This document shows positions 53,608-63,544 of a DNA stretch of 64,000 nucleotides, piece by piece. Under the pieces are notes generated by a model. The model was given only the letters and a program-made list of their open reading frames with translations, was not told where the DNA came from and made no database searches. The position numbers and the translations under genes are program-made. How positions within the stretch are numbered: position 1 is the first letter of the stretch; each line of letters begins with the position of its first letter. This DNA comes from Methylococcaceae bacterium (GTDB lineage Bacteria > Pseudomonadota > Gammaproteobacteria > Methylococcales > Methylococcaceae), in the NCBI GenBank assembly GCA_035518875.1, contig DATIXD010000089.1, forward strand, positions 726 through 64,725, written 5' to 3'.

Positions 53608-55197
53608 ATGAGTCTGAGCAAAGCAGGCGACATCCATTCGCACAAGATCCTGATCCTGGATTTTGGCTCCCAGTACACCCAGTTGATCGCACGGCGGATC
53701 CGCGAGATCGGCGTGTATTGCGAAATCCATCCCTGGGACTGCGAAGCGAAGTATATCCGTGACTTTGCACCGCGCGGAATCGTCCTCTCCGGCGGCCCCG
53801 AGACGGTCACCGCCGTGGACGCTCCCCGCGCTCCGCAACTGGTGTTCGAACTGGGGGTGCCGGTACTCGGCATCTGCTACGGCATGCAGACCATGGCGGA
53901 ACAGCTCGGCGGAAAGGTCGAGGCCGCAGTGCATCGTGAGTTCGGCTACGCTCAGGTGCGTGCCCGGGGGCATTCTTCTTTGCTGCGCAACATCGAGGAT
54001 CACACCACGGCGGAAGGTTTCGGCATTTTGGATGTGTGGATGAGCCACGGCGATCGGGTCACGGTCCTGCCTCCCGGCTTCAAGCTGATCGCCGGTACCG
54101 AGAGCGCGCCCATCGCCGGGATCGCCGACGAAGACCGCCGTTTCTACGGACTGCAGTTCCATCCGGAAGTCACCCACACCCGCCAGGGCAGGCGAATTCT
54201 CGAGCGATTCGTCCGGGGGATTTGCGATTGTGCCACCCTGTGGACGGCGCGCAACATCATCGAGGACAGCATCACGCAGGTGCGCGAGAAAGTCGCCGAC
54301 GAAGCGGTGATCCTGGGCCTATCCGGCGGCGTCGATTCATCGGTCGTCGCCGCTTTGCTGCACAAGGCCATCGGCGACCAACTCACCTGCGTGTTCGTGG
54401 ACACCGGCCTGCTGCGCCTGCACGAGGGCGATCAGGTCATGGCCACCTTCGCGGAACACATCGGGGTGCATGTCATTCGCGTCAACGCCGAGGAGCGCTA
54501 TCTGGCAGCCTTGAAGGGCGTGGGCGACCCCGAGGAAAAGCGCAAGATCATCGGCAAACTGTTCGTCGAGATCTTCGACGACGAGGCGGGCAAACTCACC
54601 GATGCGCGCTGGCTGGCGCAGGGCACCATCTACCCGGACGTGATCGAGTCGGCCGGCTCCACAACCGGCAAGGCGCATGTGATCAAGTCGCATCACAATG
54701 TCGGCGGCCTGCCGGAGAACATGCAACTCAAGCTGATCGAACCCTTGCGGGAACTGTTCAAGGACGAGGTCCGGGAAATCGGCCTGGAGCTTGGCTTGCC
54801 GTCCGAGATGGTGTATCGCCACCCCTTCCCCGGACCGGGCCTGGCTGTGCGCATCCTCGGCGAAGTCAGAAAGGAATACGCCGATCTCCTGCGCCGGGCC
54901 GACGCCGTCTTCATCGAAGAGCTTTATCGCCACGGCCTCTATGAAAAAACCAGCCAGGCTTTCGCCGTATTTCTGCCGGTGCGATCGGTTGGTGTCATGG
55001 GTGACGGCCGCCGTTATGACTACGTCATTGCCCTGCGCGCCGTCGAAACGGTCGACTTCATGACCGCCCATTGGGCCCACCTGCCCTACGAGTTCCTGGA
55101 TCTGGTCTCGCGGCGCATTATCAACGAGATACCCGGCATTTCCCGCGTCACTTACGACATCTCAGGCAAGCCGCCCGCCACCATCGAGTGGGAGTAA
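53608..55197 (+). CDS. guaA: GMP synthase (glutamine-hydrolysing)
   Basis: [17 protein letters not shown], the GATase Cys in GICYGMQ, the PP-loop [10 protein letters not shown], and the C-terminal TIEWE. Confidence 0.97.
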   Translation: MSLSKAGDIHSHKILILDFGSQYTQLIARRIREIGVYCEIHPWDCEAKYIRDFAPRGIVLSGGPETVTAVDAPRAPQLVFELGVPVLGICYGMQTMAEQLGGKVEAAVHREFGYAQVRARGHSSLLRNIEDHTTAEGFGILDVWMSHGDRVTVLPPGFKLIAGTESAPIAGIADEDRRFYGLQFHPEVTHTRQGRRILERFVRGICDCATLWTARNIIEDSITQVREKVADEAVILGLSGGVDSSVVAALLHKAIGDQLTCVFVDTGLLRLHEGDQVMATFAEHIGVHVIRVNAEERYLAALKGVGDPEEKRKIIGKLFVEIFDDEAGKLTDARWLAQGTIYPDVIESAGSTTGKAHVIKSHHNVGGLPENMQLKLIEPLRELFKDEVREIGLELGLPSEMVYRHPFPGPGLAVRILGEVRKEYADLLRRADAVFIEELYRHGLYEKTSQAFAVFLPVRSVGVMGDGRRYDYVIALRAVETVDFMTAHWAHLPYEFLDLVSRRIINEIPGISRVTYDISGKPPATIEWE

Positions 55198-55239
55198 GGG
55201 CGACCAACGACCCGCCTTTGAGCGCGTGATCTCGTTCCT

Positions 55240-55740
55240 ATGGCGGACTTATACCGCTTAACCCATCTGACAACCATGGGCGATCGCAAGGCATCAAGCG
55301 ACGAACACTGGATGCTCCATGCCCTGCAACTGGCCTGCAAGGCGAAGGAAGCCGGCGAGGTTCCGGTGGGGGCGGTTTTGGTCAAGGATGGAGTCTGCAT
55401 CGCCGAGGGCTGGAACTGTCCGATCGGCACCAACGACCCCAGCGCCCACGCGGAAATGATGGCGCTACGTACCGGCGGCTTGGTGTTGGGAAATTACCGA
55501 CTGGTCGATACCACGCTCTTCGTCACTCTGGAACCTTGCCTGATGTGCATGGGCGCCATCGTGCACGCCCGCATCCAGCGACTGGTGTTCGGCGCGCCCG
55601 ATCCCAAACGCGGCGCGGTTTGCAGCGCCCTGCAACTGGCCGATGCGGCGTTCCTCAACCACCGGATCGACTATACCGGCGGCGTGCTGGCCGAAGACTG
55701 TTCCGCCCTGCTCAAGGATTTTTTTCAACGGCGGCGTTAG
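55240..55740 (+). CDS. tadA: tRNA adenosine(34) deaminase
   Basis: HAEMMALR and the PCLMCMGA zinc motifs. Confidence 0.92.
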   Translation: MADLYRLTHLTTMGDRKASSDEHWMLHALQLACKAKEAGEVPVGAVLVKDGVCIAEGWNCPIGTNDPSAHAEMMALRTGGLVLGNYRLVDTTLFVTLEPCLMCMGAIVHARIQRLVFGAPDPKRGAVCSALQLADAAFLNHRIDYTGGVLAEDCSALLKDFFQRRR

Positions 55741-55792
55741 CACCGTTCCCGCGTTTTCCGACTTCGATAGCCAGAGGATTAAGATCCTAGCC

Positions 55793-57403
55793 TCATGACG
55801 CCCCGCTCGCTTTCACCTTGCCAGGCCCCATCGCCAACTTGCGGTTCTCCTCTTCCTCGCTGAGCCAAACCAGCAGATCGTAAAAGCGGCGGATGCTGTT
55901 GACGTATTGCACCGCCAAGGCTCCCCGCGCACGGCCATGCCGAGTCTTGCGATACCAGGACTTCTTGCCTAACAGCGGCAGCACACCCTTCACATCGATC
56001 CATTTGTCCGGGTCGCCGCCACGCTCCCGTACCAGGCGCCTGGCATCCTCGACGTGGCCATAGCCGACGTTGTAAGCCGCCAGCGCCAGCCAAGTGCGGT
56101 CGGGTTCTTGAATATGCTCCGGAATGTTCGCCAATGTCTCCTTCAAATAGGAGGCGCCGCCACGTATGCTCTGACCAGGATCGAAGCGGTCGTTCACTTT
56201 GAGCTCTCTCGCCGTGACGCCGGTCAATTGCATCATGCCCTGCACACCATCGGCTGAAATCGCCCTGCCTTCCCAATGGGACTCCTGATAGGCCTGTGCA
56301 GCCAACAAGCGCCAGTCGATCCCGTGCTCCTTCCCGGCTCTCTGGAACAGCTTCTTGTATTTGGGGAGACGCTGGCGGTAATGCACACGCAGCGAGCTGT
56401 CCAACGCAGCATCGTAAGAAGCAGCGTGGCCGTAATAACGATCAATCAACTGATCGAGGAGCTTATTTTGCTTGATTTCGTCAAAAAAGCTGACAGCCTC
56501 GTCGTAAAGGCTGGAATCCTCGCCCAGAGCGAACGCCCAAGCCAGATCGCGCGGTTTGCCGACATCGAAGGCGACCTGCAGATTGGGATAGAAGCGCCGC
56601 ATGCGCAGCATCTGATCGGATTGGACGATGGTGTAATCGAGCAGCCCTTCACTGACCAGGAACAACAAGCCCTCGGCATCCTGTTCGAAGTTCAAGTTCC
56701 AGCTCAAATCGGGATAACGCTTGCGCAGGGATTTCAGGGTCTCGGTATGACTGGCGCCTGCCCCCACCTCGAGAATGCCCCCGGACAAATCGTTCACGTA
56801 ACGCGGCCTGGGTTGATCGCCCCGATAAATCACTTGTTCGGTGACGCGACGGTATGCGGGAGCAAAGCGCATCTTGCGCTTGCGTGCCTCGGTCACCATA
56901 AGGCCGGCGGCGGCGAAATCAGCCTGTTGGGCCTCGGCCAGTTTGGTCATCTGCCGGAACGAATTCGGCACGATGAACCTTGCCTTGACACCCAAGCGCT
57001 TTGCGAAAAGCTGAGCCAGATCGTATTCCAAGCCGGCGAAACCGCCCGGTCCTTCATAGTATGAGGAGGGACTATAGCGGGTGACGATCTTGAGTACGCC
57101 CGCCTGTTTGACCCGATCGAGGTGAGAGAGCTTGTGCTCGTCCGGATGCTTGACCGGTTGGACGTGAGAAAGCGGTTTGACCGGTTTGGTCGGCTTATCC
57201 CCGCAACCGCCTAGCGGGAGGGCTAAACAAAGAAAGAATAGAAACCGCAGCGAAGCTGCTTTGGGCGGCGTATCTGACGTATCTTTATCAATGTAACCGG
57301 TTCTTTTTCGCCTTACTCTTTCTGTTCTAAGGATGGAATCAACAGTTTTGCGTTCTGCAAAAAGGCCGTCCGGCATGATTTTTTTAGGATACATGTCTCG
57401 CAC
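55793..57403 (-). CDS. mltF: membrane-bound lytic murein transglycosylase F
   Basis: Lipobox LPLGGC. An SBP_bac_3-like N-domain. An SLT domain with AQAYQESHW and AYNVGYGH. The start is uncertain. Confidence 0.9.
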   Translation of the reverse strand: MRDMYPKKIMPDGLFAERKTVDSILRTERVRRKRTGYIDKDTSDTPPKAASLRFLFFLCLALPLGGCGDKPTKPVKPLSHVQPVKHPDEHKLSHLDRVKQAGVLKIVTRYSPSSYYEGPGGFAGLEYDLAQLFAKRLGVKARFIVPNSFRQMTKLAEAQQADFAAAGLMVTEARKRKMRFAPAYRRVTEQVIYRGDQPRPRYVNDLSGGILEVGAGASHTETLKSLRKRYPDLSWNLNFEQDAEGLLFLVSEGLLDYTIVQSDQMLRMRRFYPNLQVAFDVGKPRDLAWAFALGEDSSLYDEAVSFFDEIKQNKLLDQLIDRYYGHAASYDAALDSSLRVHYRQRLPKYKKLFQRAGKEHGIDWRLLAAQAYQESHWEGRAISADGVQGMMQLTGVTARELKVNDRFDPGQSIRGGASYLKETLANIPEHIQEPDRTWLALAAYNVGYGHVEDARRLVRERGGDPDKWIDVKGVLPLLGKKSWYRKTRHGRARGALAVQYVNSIRRFYDLLVWLSEEEENRKLAMGPGKVKASGAS

Positions 57404-57491
57404 CGTTTATCTTATGACAGCGACATCGTATCATAACAGCCTCGCCACAAGATGGAAGCCTTAACTGACTTTCCTGTCAGCGAGGACGTAC

Positions 57492-57584
57492 GGAGAGGTA
57501 CCGAAGCGGTCACAACGGCGCCGACTCGAAATCGGATGGGGGACTAACATCCCCACGAGGGTTCGAATCCCTCCCTCTCCGCCA
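57492..57584 (+). tRNA. tRNA-Ser (anticodon CGA)
   Basis: GGAGAGG...CCTCTCC acceptor stem. Anticodon loop CTCGAAA. Long variable arm GGGGGACTAACATCCCC. T loop GGTTCGAATCC. Encoded CCA. 93 nt. Confidence 0.93.
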
Positions 57585-57617
57585 AATCAATGTCTTACAA
57601 GATTGTGAGCATGCTTA

Positions 57618-58667
57618 CTACGTCTGTCTCGGGGTTTCAGATTCGGCGCGGGCAAAATGATCGCCCCGGAAAGCCTGTTCGAACTGCCGCCGCAACTCCC
57701 CTTCTCGGTCGTGGTAGATGAGCGAAAAATGGAAAGGGATGGCGAACTTGGCACCGGCAAGACGGGCCAGAGTCCCGGACTGAGGGGCTGTCAGGTGATA
57801 TTTCTGCGCCGCTCGTTCAGTCAGTTCCTCTCCAAAGACAGCCTCGATGAATAGCTGATCTGCACCCCTGGCCAACTCGACGATCCGTTCGGCGTTGGCC
57901 TCGTGGTACACGGCGTCGGTGACATAGGCTACCTTTTGGCCGGTCGAAATATTGGCGATGCTAGCCGCTAATTCATCGAGCCGCAGCACCACCTCCTGTA
58001 GCGCGCCGCCCTCTTGGCGTGTTGCAGTGATGGGGCTATCGCCGGGTTCTCCTCGGAGCAGGGCGCGTTTGAAGACTTGAAGCCATGGGCCCGGTTCAAG
58101 TCCCAGTTGATCCAGGCGGTTCTTCCAGATATTGACGTGTTGGTTTTCCCGCAAGGCAAAGGCCAGGCAGGGGATCTTGTGATCCAGGAAGGTGAAACGA
58201 ACCGTAAAATTCTCCTCCCTCAAAAGGGTCCGGTTCGAGAGGGCAAACTCTCGTTCGGCCTCTCGCTGGAACCCGGTTCGACACCGGAAGCAGGCCGATC
58301 GGGCATTCGTTTCCGTCAGAATCTCGGTCACATCCAGGGTAAAATCGGTATCGTAGTTCTCCACCAGATTCCAGGTGTATGCGGCGAGTTTGGCTTCCAC
58401 CTGTCGCAGAAACCCCGGCGGGCCGAACAGCCGAACGCGCATATCGCGCCCCAGACAAAGGCGGAGCATCCAGTCGAAGCCAAAAAAGTGATCCATGTGC
58501 GCATGAGAGACAAATATGTCCCGAAGGCGCAGGATCTTGCGCGTGGCGAGATGGGAAAGATCGCCTAGGTCGAATAACAGGGCATACTTTTCGAACAAGA
58601 AGTCCACATAGACTGCAGGATCGCCGAAAACGTCATTGACCAGCGACGGGTGATAGACGGGTTTCAT
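57618..58667 (-). CDS. MBL-fold metallo-hydrolase (RNase Z-like)
   Basis: ORF trimmed to the ATG at 58667 (MKPVYHPSLVND). HxHxDH motif VSHAHMDH. Confidence 0.8.
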   Translation of the reverse strand: MKPVYHPSLVNDVFGDPAVYVDFLFEKYALLFDLGDLSHLATRKILRLRDIFVSHAHMDHFFGFDWMLRLCLGRDMRVRLFGPPGFLRQVEAKLAAYTWNLVENYDTDFTLDVTEILTETNARSACFRCRTGFQREAEREFALSNRTLLREENFTVRFTFLDHKIPCLAFALRENQHVNIWKNRLDQLGLEPGPWLQVFKRALLRGEPGDSPITATRQEGGALQEVVLRLDELAASIANISTGQKVAYVTDAVYHEANAERIVELARGADQLFIEAVFGEELTERAAQKYHLTAPQSGTLARLAGAKFAIPFHFSLIYHDREGELRRQFEQAFRGDHFARAESETPRQT

Positions 58668-58872
58668 GGGGGCTGCGTGGTTGGCGGTGCGGAGCCCAAT
58701 TGCGGGCAGCACAAAAAAAGCTAGATATTCTTGCTCGCCTCTGTTGCCTCGTGTCAACTGTAGCGGCGAATTTGCAATATCATGTGGTTCTTTGACCTCG
58801 AACACTTGGCAATGATCGGTTGATCGAACCAGAGATTATCTGCCCTGACGCCGACGGTTCTTCCTGATAAGG

Positions 58873-59385
58873 ATGAGCTCGATTCTCTCCCATGCCATCG
58901 TCCCCCTCGCGATCAGTCCGCTCTTTCCGGCGGATGCCCTTCCGCCCTTTATCGTTTTGGCAGGCACGGTTTGCACCACCGCGCCTGATGTGAACGTGGT
59001 CGGCTTCCTGTTCGATGTGCGATACGGCGACCTGCTGGGGCACCGCGGCTTGACCCATTCCGTTTTCTTTGCCGCCGCCTTGAGCGCCGTGTTGACCTAC
59101 CTGTTATGGCCGATGCATCTTGGCGTGGCATTTCTGTTCCTTTTTCTTTCAACGCTGTCCCATCCCTTGCTCGACGCGATGACAGATGGTGGTCTCGGTA
59201 TCGCGTTCTTTTCACCCTTCAGCAACCGGCGCTATTTCTTTCCGGTGCGCCCCATCGCCGTTCCTCCTATCGGCATCCGCGCTTTCTTTTCGAAACGAGG
59301 CTGGCAGGGCATGAAAAGCGAAGCCTGCTGGATCTGGCTGCCGTCGATCGGCTTATACGCCTTGGCGAAGATGCTGACCACTTAG
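58873..59385 (+). CDS. YdjM/DUF457-family membrane-bound metal-dependent hydrolase
   Basis: MSSILSHAIVPLAI...LGHRGLTHS with about 4 TM segments, typical of YdjM. Confidence 0.75.
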   Translation: MSSILSHAIVPLAISPLFPADALPPFIVLAGTVCTTAPDVNVVGFLFDVRYGDLLGHRGLTHSVFFAAALSAVLTYLLWPMHLGVAFLFLFLSTLSHPLLDAMTDGGLGIAFFSPFSNRRYFFPVRPIAVPPIGIRAFFSKRGWQGMKSEACWIWLPSIGLYALAKMLTT

Positions 59386-59558
59386 CCCGCTCGTAACCAT
59401 GGCGTTGCCGCGGAAAATCCAATCTTCGCTAAACACGGAAATCAATTCCGCACCCTTCCTGAACCGGCGGTGCCTGATTTCCGCCGTCCCCGCGTGTTTG
59501 GCAGGTACTGATTTTGCCCGCTTGTCCGACAGCACCATCCTCCCGCACGAACTTGTGA

Positions 59559-59903
59559 CTATTCTCGATCCGCCGCGACACCGCATCGAAGGAGGTCTTT
59601 TTTGCGCGCCCCCATCAACCCGACTCCGACACCGCCGAAACGGAGTACACGAATGGCTTTATGATTAATAGCCAAAAGAACCAGCAAGCAAATTAACGGG
59701 ACGAATATCAGTAACATAAAGACTATTATGACGGAAGCATCGAGTCTGAGCGCCCTTGCTAATTTATAAACGCAATAAAGTTGGAATGGGATGGTTATGA
59801 ACATGGCCGGAGGAAAGAAGCCAACAAACCATGCCAAGATTGCCCAGACCATTAACCGTTGAGATAATCCAACCTCTCTAAGGTCAAGAGGCGTTTGTTT
59901 CAT
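59559..59903 (-). CDS. small membrane protein (about 3 TM), unknown function, in a low-GC patch
   Basis: The 114-aa ORF has hydrophobic helices. Its ATG overlaps the TGA of the upstream TraR-like reading frame. Two hand-counted 60-nt lines in 59641..59760 gave about 42-43% G+C. Confidence 0.45.
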   Translation of the reverse strand: MKQTPLDLREVGLSQRLMVWAILAWFVGFFPPAMFITIPFQLYCVYKLARALRLDASVIIVFMLLIFVPLICLLVLLAINHKAIRVLRFGGVGVGLMGARKKDLLRCGVAADRE

Positions 59904-60119
59904 ACGCTGTTACACCAACCTCTGAGGTATCGGACTGTCTTCGGTACTAGTTCGGCCCGTTTCAGCGGGATAAGCTCGTCGCAATCGAAGCAGATTCGGT
60001 CCCCAACATCATTGGATACCGGCTCCTCCTTCAGCTCCTGTCGGTTCAAGACCGGCCGAATCGCTGAGGTGTCCGATCTCGGTCTGTTGCAAGGCTAAAT
60101 CAAAAATAATTTCGTCCAT
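59900..60119 (-). pseudogene. degenerate, frameshifted TraR/DksA-type zinc-finger ORF
   Basis: Frame A reads MDEIIFDLALQQTEIGHL.... Frame B reads ...SAIRPVLNRQELKEEPVSNDVGDRICFDCDELIPLKRAELVPKTVRYLRGWCNSV*. The first CxxC-x-E-x-IP-x2-R-x4-P matches the TraR family. The second Cys pair is replaced by Y and G. Confidence 0.3.
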
Positions 60120-60228
60120 AATCAGCGTCTTTAACGTAACCAGCAGCTCGAATAAGCCCCGTAGATGGGATTCGCACCGCAGAGTTCCACGCAGGAGCGA
60201 CGCATGCCTAAAACCTATCACGGTCCGC

Positions 60229-60735
60229 TCAAGACCGAACAGCCGGGGCTGTGCGCCTGCAGGCAGCGCAGAAATAGATGTCCTTGCGGTCGGTATCCCG
60301 CAGGGAGTTACTGAAATGCATCACGCAGTCAGGTTGCGGACAGTGGTTCAGCCCCAGGGTGTGACCAAGTTCGTGCACGGCCTCTTTAACGATCCGTTGC
60401 CGATAGACCTTCGCATCGACGTCGCTCTGTAAACGGTAAAGGGAAATCACGGCCGCCTTACCGGGCCGTTCCGCGAGACCGAACACAAAGTTCAGAGGCT
60501 CTACGAAGAGATCGTCCTTGGCAATCCCCAGCAAGCGCGCACCGGGGAACTCGCGCACGGCGGCAAGAAATGCCTCAGCGTCATACTGACGGCGCTGGGG
60601 ATTGTAAGACCTTTCGGGAATCTCGATAGGTGATGCCACAGAAGCGGCGAAGCCGAGGCTATTGAGGTCTCGGACCAAGTGACTTACGACATCCGGATCG
60701 ACACCCCGGAAAGGAATCAAGGTGACAGATAGCAT
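60229..60735 (-). CDS. amzA: archaemetzincin-family zinc metalloprotease (peptidase M54)
   Basis: ORF trimmed to the ATG at 60735 (MLSVTLIPFRGVD). HELGHTLGLNHCPQPDCVMHFSNS...FCAAC fits the HExxHxxGx3Cx4CxM...CxxC signature. Confidence 0.82.
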   Translation of the reverse strand: MLSVTLIPFRGVDPDVVSHLVRDLNSLGFAASVASPIEIPERSYNPQRRQYDAEAFLAAVREFPGARLLGIAKDDLFVEPLNFVFGLAERPGKAAVISLYRLQSDVDAKVYRQRIVKEAVHELGHTLGLNHCPQPDCVMHFSNSLRDTDRKDIYFCAACRRTAPAVRS

Positions 60736-61002
60736 CGTTTCCTCGAATAAATCCAAATCACTGCGCAGACTGGGCAATGGTCTGTGGCCGATCATACGCC
60801 ACACGGCGGAGCAACGAAAAATCCGGCGCGCGAAGCGAACCCAGCGGCGAAGACGAACCCCCCACTTCAGTTGATGGTTGCCCATCGCAAGCGCTAGGGA
60901 AAAAGCGGACAATTTATTTACTACATAGCCCGACAAATCTAATTGTTGCTAACATTTCAGCCGACAAAAGTCGGTGGAAATAACTTGTGCGAGGAATGAC
61001 TC

Positions 61003-62121
61003 ATGCAGATCGGTGTTCCGAAAGAAATCAAGGATCATGAATATCGTGTGGGCATCACGCCATCGGGCGTGCAAGCGCTGGTGAGGGCCGGGCACTACGT
61101 TCGGGTCCAAGCCGGGGCGGGCGCGCGGATCGGATTTTCTGACGAAACCTTTCGCGCGGCAGGGGCATCGATCGCAGCCGACGCCGCGGCGACTTATGAC
61201 GGCGATTTAGTCGTAAAAGTCAAAGAGCCCCAACCTTCCGAATATGCCTTCCTGAAAAGCGGGCTGACCCTTTTCTGCTATCTGCATCTCGCCGCCCTTC
61301 CTGAGCTGGCGCGGGAACTCATGAGCCGCGGCGTGCAAGCCATTGCCTATGAAACCGTTACCGATGACGCCGGAGGCCACCCCCTGCTCACGCCCATGTC
61401 GGAAGTGGCCGGGCGACTTGCACTCCAGGTGGGTGCCCAAGCATTGACACTACCCTACGGCGGGAATGGGACCCTAATCTCAGGGGTGCCTGGAGTCGCT
61501 CCCGCCCGCGTCGCCATCATCGGCAGCGGCACAGTTGGCAGCAATGCCGCACATATAGCGGTTGGGCTGGGTGCAGACGTCACTCTGATAGGCCGCAGTG
61601 TCGAAAAATTGCGGTATTGGGAGACCGTTTTTGCGGGGCGCTTGAAAACCCAGTTCTCTTCGCCCGACAACATCGCATGCATCGTTCAGGAGTCCGACTT
61701 GCTGATTGGCGCCGTGTACGTGCCAGGAAAACAGCCCCCTAAACTACTCTCTCGGGACTTGTTAGCGAGCATGCGCCCCGGTTCGGCCCTAGTGGATGTG
61801 TCCATCGACCAGGGTGGGATCGCCGGAACATCCCGTCCCACCACCCACTCGGACCCCTTTTATGTGGAGGCCGGCATCGTCCATTACTGCGTCACCAACA
61901 TGCCGTCGGCCACGGCAAGAACCTCGACCCTCGCCCTCACCCACGTGACCCTACCCTACGTGCTGCGCCTGGCGAATCTGGGTTGGCGTGCGGCTTTGAT
62001 TGGGGAAGTGGGGCTGCGAGCCGGACTCAATGTCGCAGAAGGCCAAATAACCCATGACGGACTGGCGGAGGATTTAGGCCTCTCCGCAGTCAGCGCGGAC
62101 ACGATATTGCAGACGGCCTGA
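61003..62121 (+). CDS. ald: alanine dehydrogenase
   Basis: MQIGVPKEIKDHEYRVGITPSGV, an NAD motif VAIIGSGTVGSNAA, and 372 aa. Confidence 0.95.
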   Translation: MQIGVPKEIKDHEYRVGITPSGVQALVRAGHYVRVQAGAGARIGFSDETFRAAGASIAADAAATYDGDLVVKVKEPQPSEYAFLKSGLTLFCYLHLAALPELARELMSRGVQAIAYETVTDDAGGHPLLTPMSEVAGRLALQVGAQALTLPYGGNGTLISGVPGVAPARVAIIGSGTVGSNAAHIAVGLGADVTLIGRSVEKLRYWETVFAGRLKTQFSSPDNIACIVQESDLLIGAVYVPGKQPPKLLSRDLLASMRPGSALVDVSIDQGGIAGTSRPTTHSDPFYVEAGIVHYCVTNMPSATARTSTLALTHVTLPYVLRLANLGWRAALIGEVGLRAGLNVAEGQITHDGLAEDLGLSAVSADTILQTA

Positions 62122-62302
62122 GGCGTTGTACGGGCTGAGACAAAGCGAAGTCTGATCCCAAGCGAAAGTAATGCTCCGCAGCCTTGCGTCGGTGGCATAG
62201 TAACTTTGATTACCCGCGGTAGGGTAGTCCGTCACAATGGCGGCAAAACCGCTATGCCAGTTGGTTTCCTTTGGTTATTGAACATAGAGGTTGTTGCTGC
62301 GC

Positions 62303-62470
62303 ATGCACGATCCTATCCGAGTCGCGGTCCTCGGAACCGAGCAAATGGGCTCGGGAATTGTCAGCCTGTTGCTCGATAAGCCGGGGCCAACGCTGGTCGG
62401 CGCTTACGCAAGACGAAAGAAGCGCTGCGGAATAGCTCTTGGTACAGCGATTGGGCTGGGCCGTGTGTTT
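62303..62470 (+). pseudogene. 5' fragment of a DapB-fold NAD(P)-dependent (amine) dehydrogenase-like gene, truncated at the IS110 junction
   Basis: MHDPIRVAVLGTEQMGSGIVSLLLDKPGPTLVGAYARR... is only the N-terminal Rossmann start. The reading frame ends where IS110-type sequence begins. Confidence 0.45.
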
Positions 62471-63544
62471 GGTCTCAAGGACAGGGGGTAAGACCGACGT
62501 CAATGACGCCCAATGGCTCCAGCAGCTTCACGCCTACGGTCTCTTGCGAGGCAGCTTCCACCCGCCGGCCGACATCGCGGCTTTGCGGGCCTATCTGCGC
62601 CACCGGGAGCGGTTGCTGGATTACGCCGCCGCCCACATTCAGCATATGCAGAAGGCCCTGATGCAGATGAACCTGCAGTTACACCACGTGGTGTCTGATA
62701 TCACCGGCCAGACCGGGATGCGCATCCTCCGGGCCATTCTCAGTGGAGTACGGGATCCGGCCGTCCTTGTCAGTTACCGCGACCATCGCTGCAAAGCCTC
62801 TACCGAGACCCTGTTCCAGGCGTTGTCCGGCCACTACCGCCCCCGAACAGGTGTTTGCCCTGCGTCAGGCCGTGGGACTTTATGACACGTATCAACAGTA
62901 TGTCGCCGAGTGTGACCGAGAGATCGAGGCGTTGTTGGCGCGCCTCCAGGCCCCACTGCCGCCGGCGGAACCCTTGCCCAAGACGAGACACCGGACGCGG
63001 CAGCCCAATGACTTGAGCTTCGATGTTCGGACCGCCTTGTATGCGGTGACCGGGATGGATCTGACCCAGATTCATGGTCTCGGACCGTATCTGGCCCTGA
63101 GATTGGTCAGCGAATGTGGTACCGATCTATCGCGCTGGCCCAGCGCTCAGCATTTCACCTCCTGGCTGTGCCTGGCGCCGGGCAATAAGATTTCCGGAGG
63201 CAAGCTGCTCTCTGCCCATACTCGGCGCTCGAAGAACCGGGCCAGTGCGTTGCTTCGCCTAGCGGCAGTGAGTGTCGGTAAGACTTCGACTGCCCTGGGG
63301 GCTTTTTACCGACGCCTGGCGGCGAGGATCGGCAAGGCCAAAGCGGTGACCGCCACTGCCCGCAAATTAGCTGTGCTGTTCTACAACGCATTGCGCTACG
63401 GAATGGCTTACCGTGACGCCGGGCACCGAGCAATACGAGCAATACGAGCAACGTTACCGTGAGCGGGTACTGAGAAATCTGACCCGCCGTGCCAAGGAAC
63501 TCGGCTATCACCTCGAACCGGCGCCCGCGTCCGGAGTTTCTTAG
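62471..63544 (+). mobile_element. IS110-family transposase remnant (5'-truncated, at least 2 frameshifts)
   Basis: GKTDVNDAQWLQQLHAYGLLRGSF...LTQIHGLGPYLALRLVSECG...FTSWLCLAPGNKISGGK.. is split over three frames. The N-terminal DEDD domain is absent. The reconstructed C-terminus ends ...RRAKELGYHLEPAPASGVS*, with the stop at 63542..63544. Confidence 0.8.
63431..63448 (+). repeat. 9-bp tandem duplication (caatacgag x2) inside the IS110 transposase remnant
   Basis: Read directly: gag-caatacgag-caatacgag-caa. It encodes EQY-EQY in the reconstructed frame. Confidence 0.8.

Noticed and set aside
58806-58872. Searched for a LexA box (CTGT-N8-ACAG) upstream of the ydjM-like gene, because E. coli ydjM is SOS-regulated.
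   Set aside because: No CTGT-N8-ACAG-like sequence is present in the intergenic region.
59353-59668. ORFs 59399..59668 (+) and 59353..59586 (-) in the gap after the ydjM-like gene.
   Set aside because: The translations have no motifs, signal peptide or TM pattern. The ORFs overlap each other and show no SD.
60965-61002. TGGAAATAACTTGTG upstream of ald, considered as a sigma54 -24/-12 promoter.
   Set aside because: The -12 element reads TTGT rather than TTGC. The site ends only about 17 nt from the start codon, leaving almost no room for a transcript leader.
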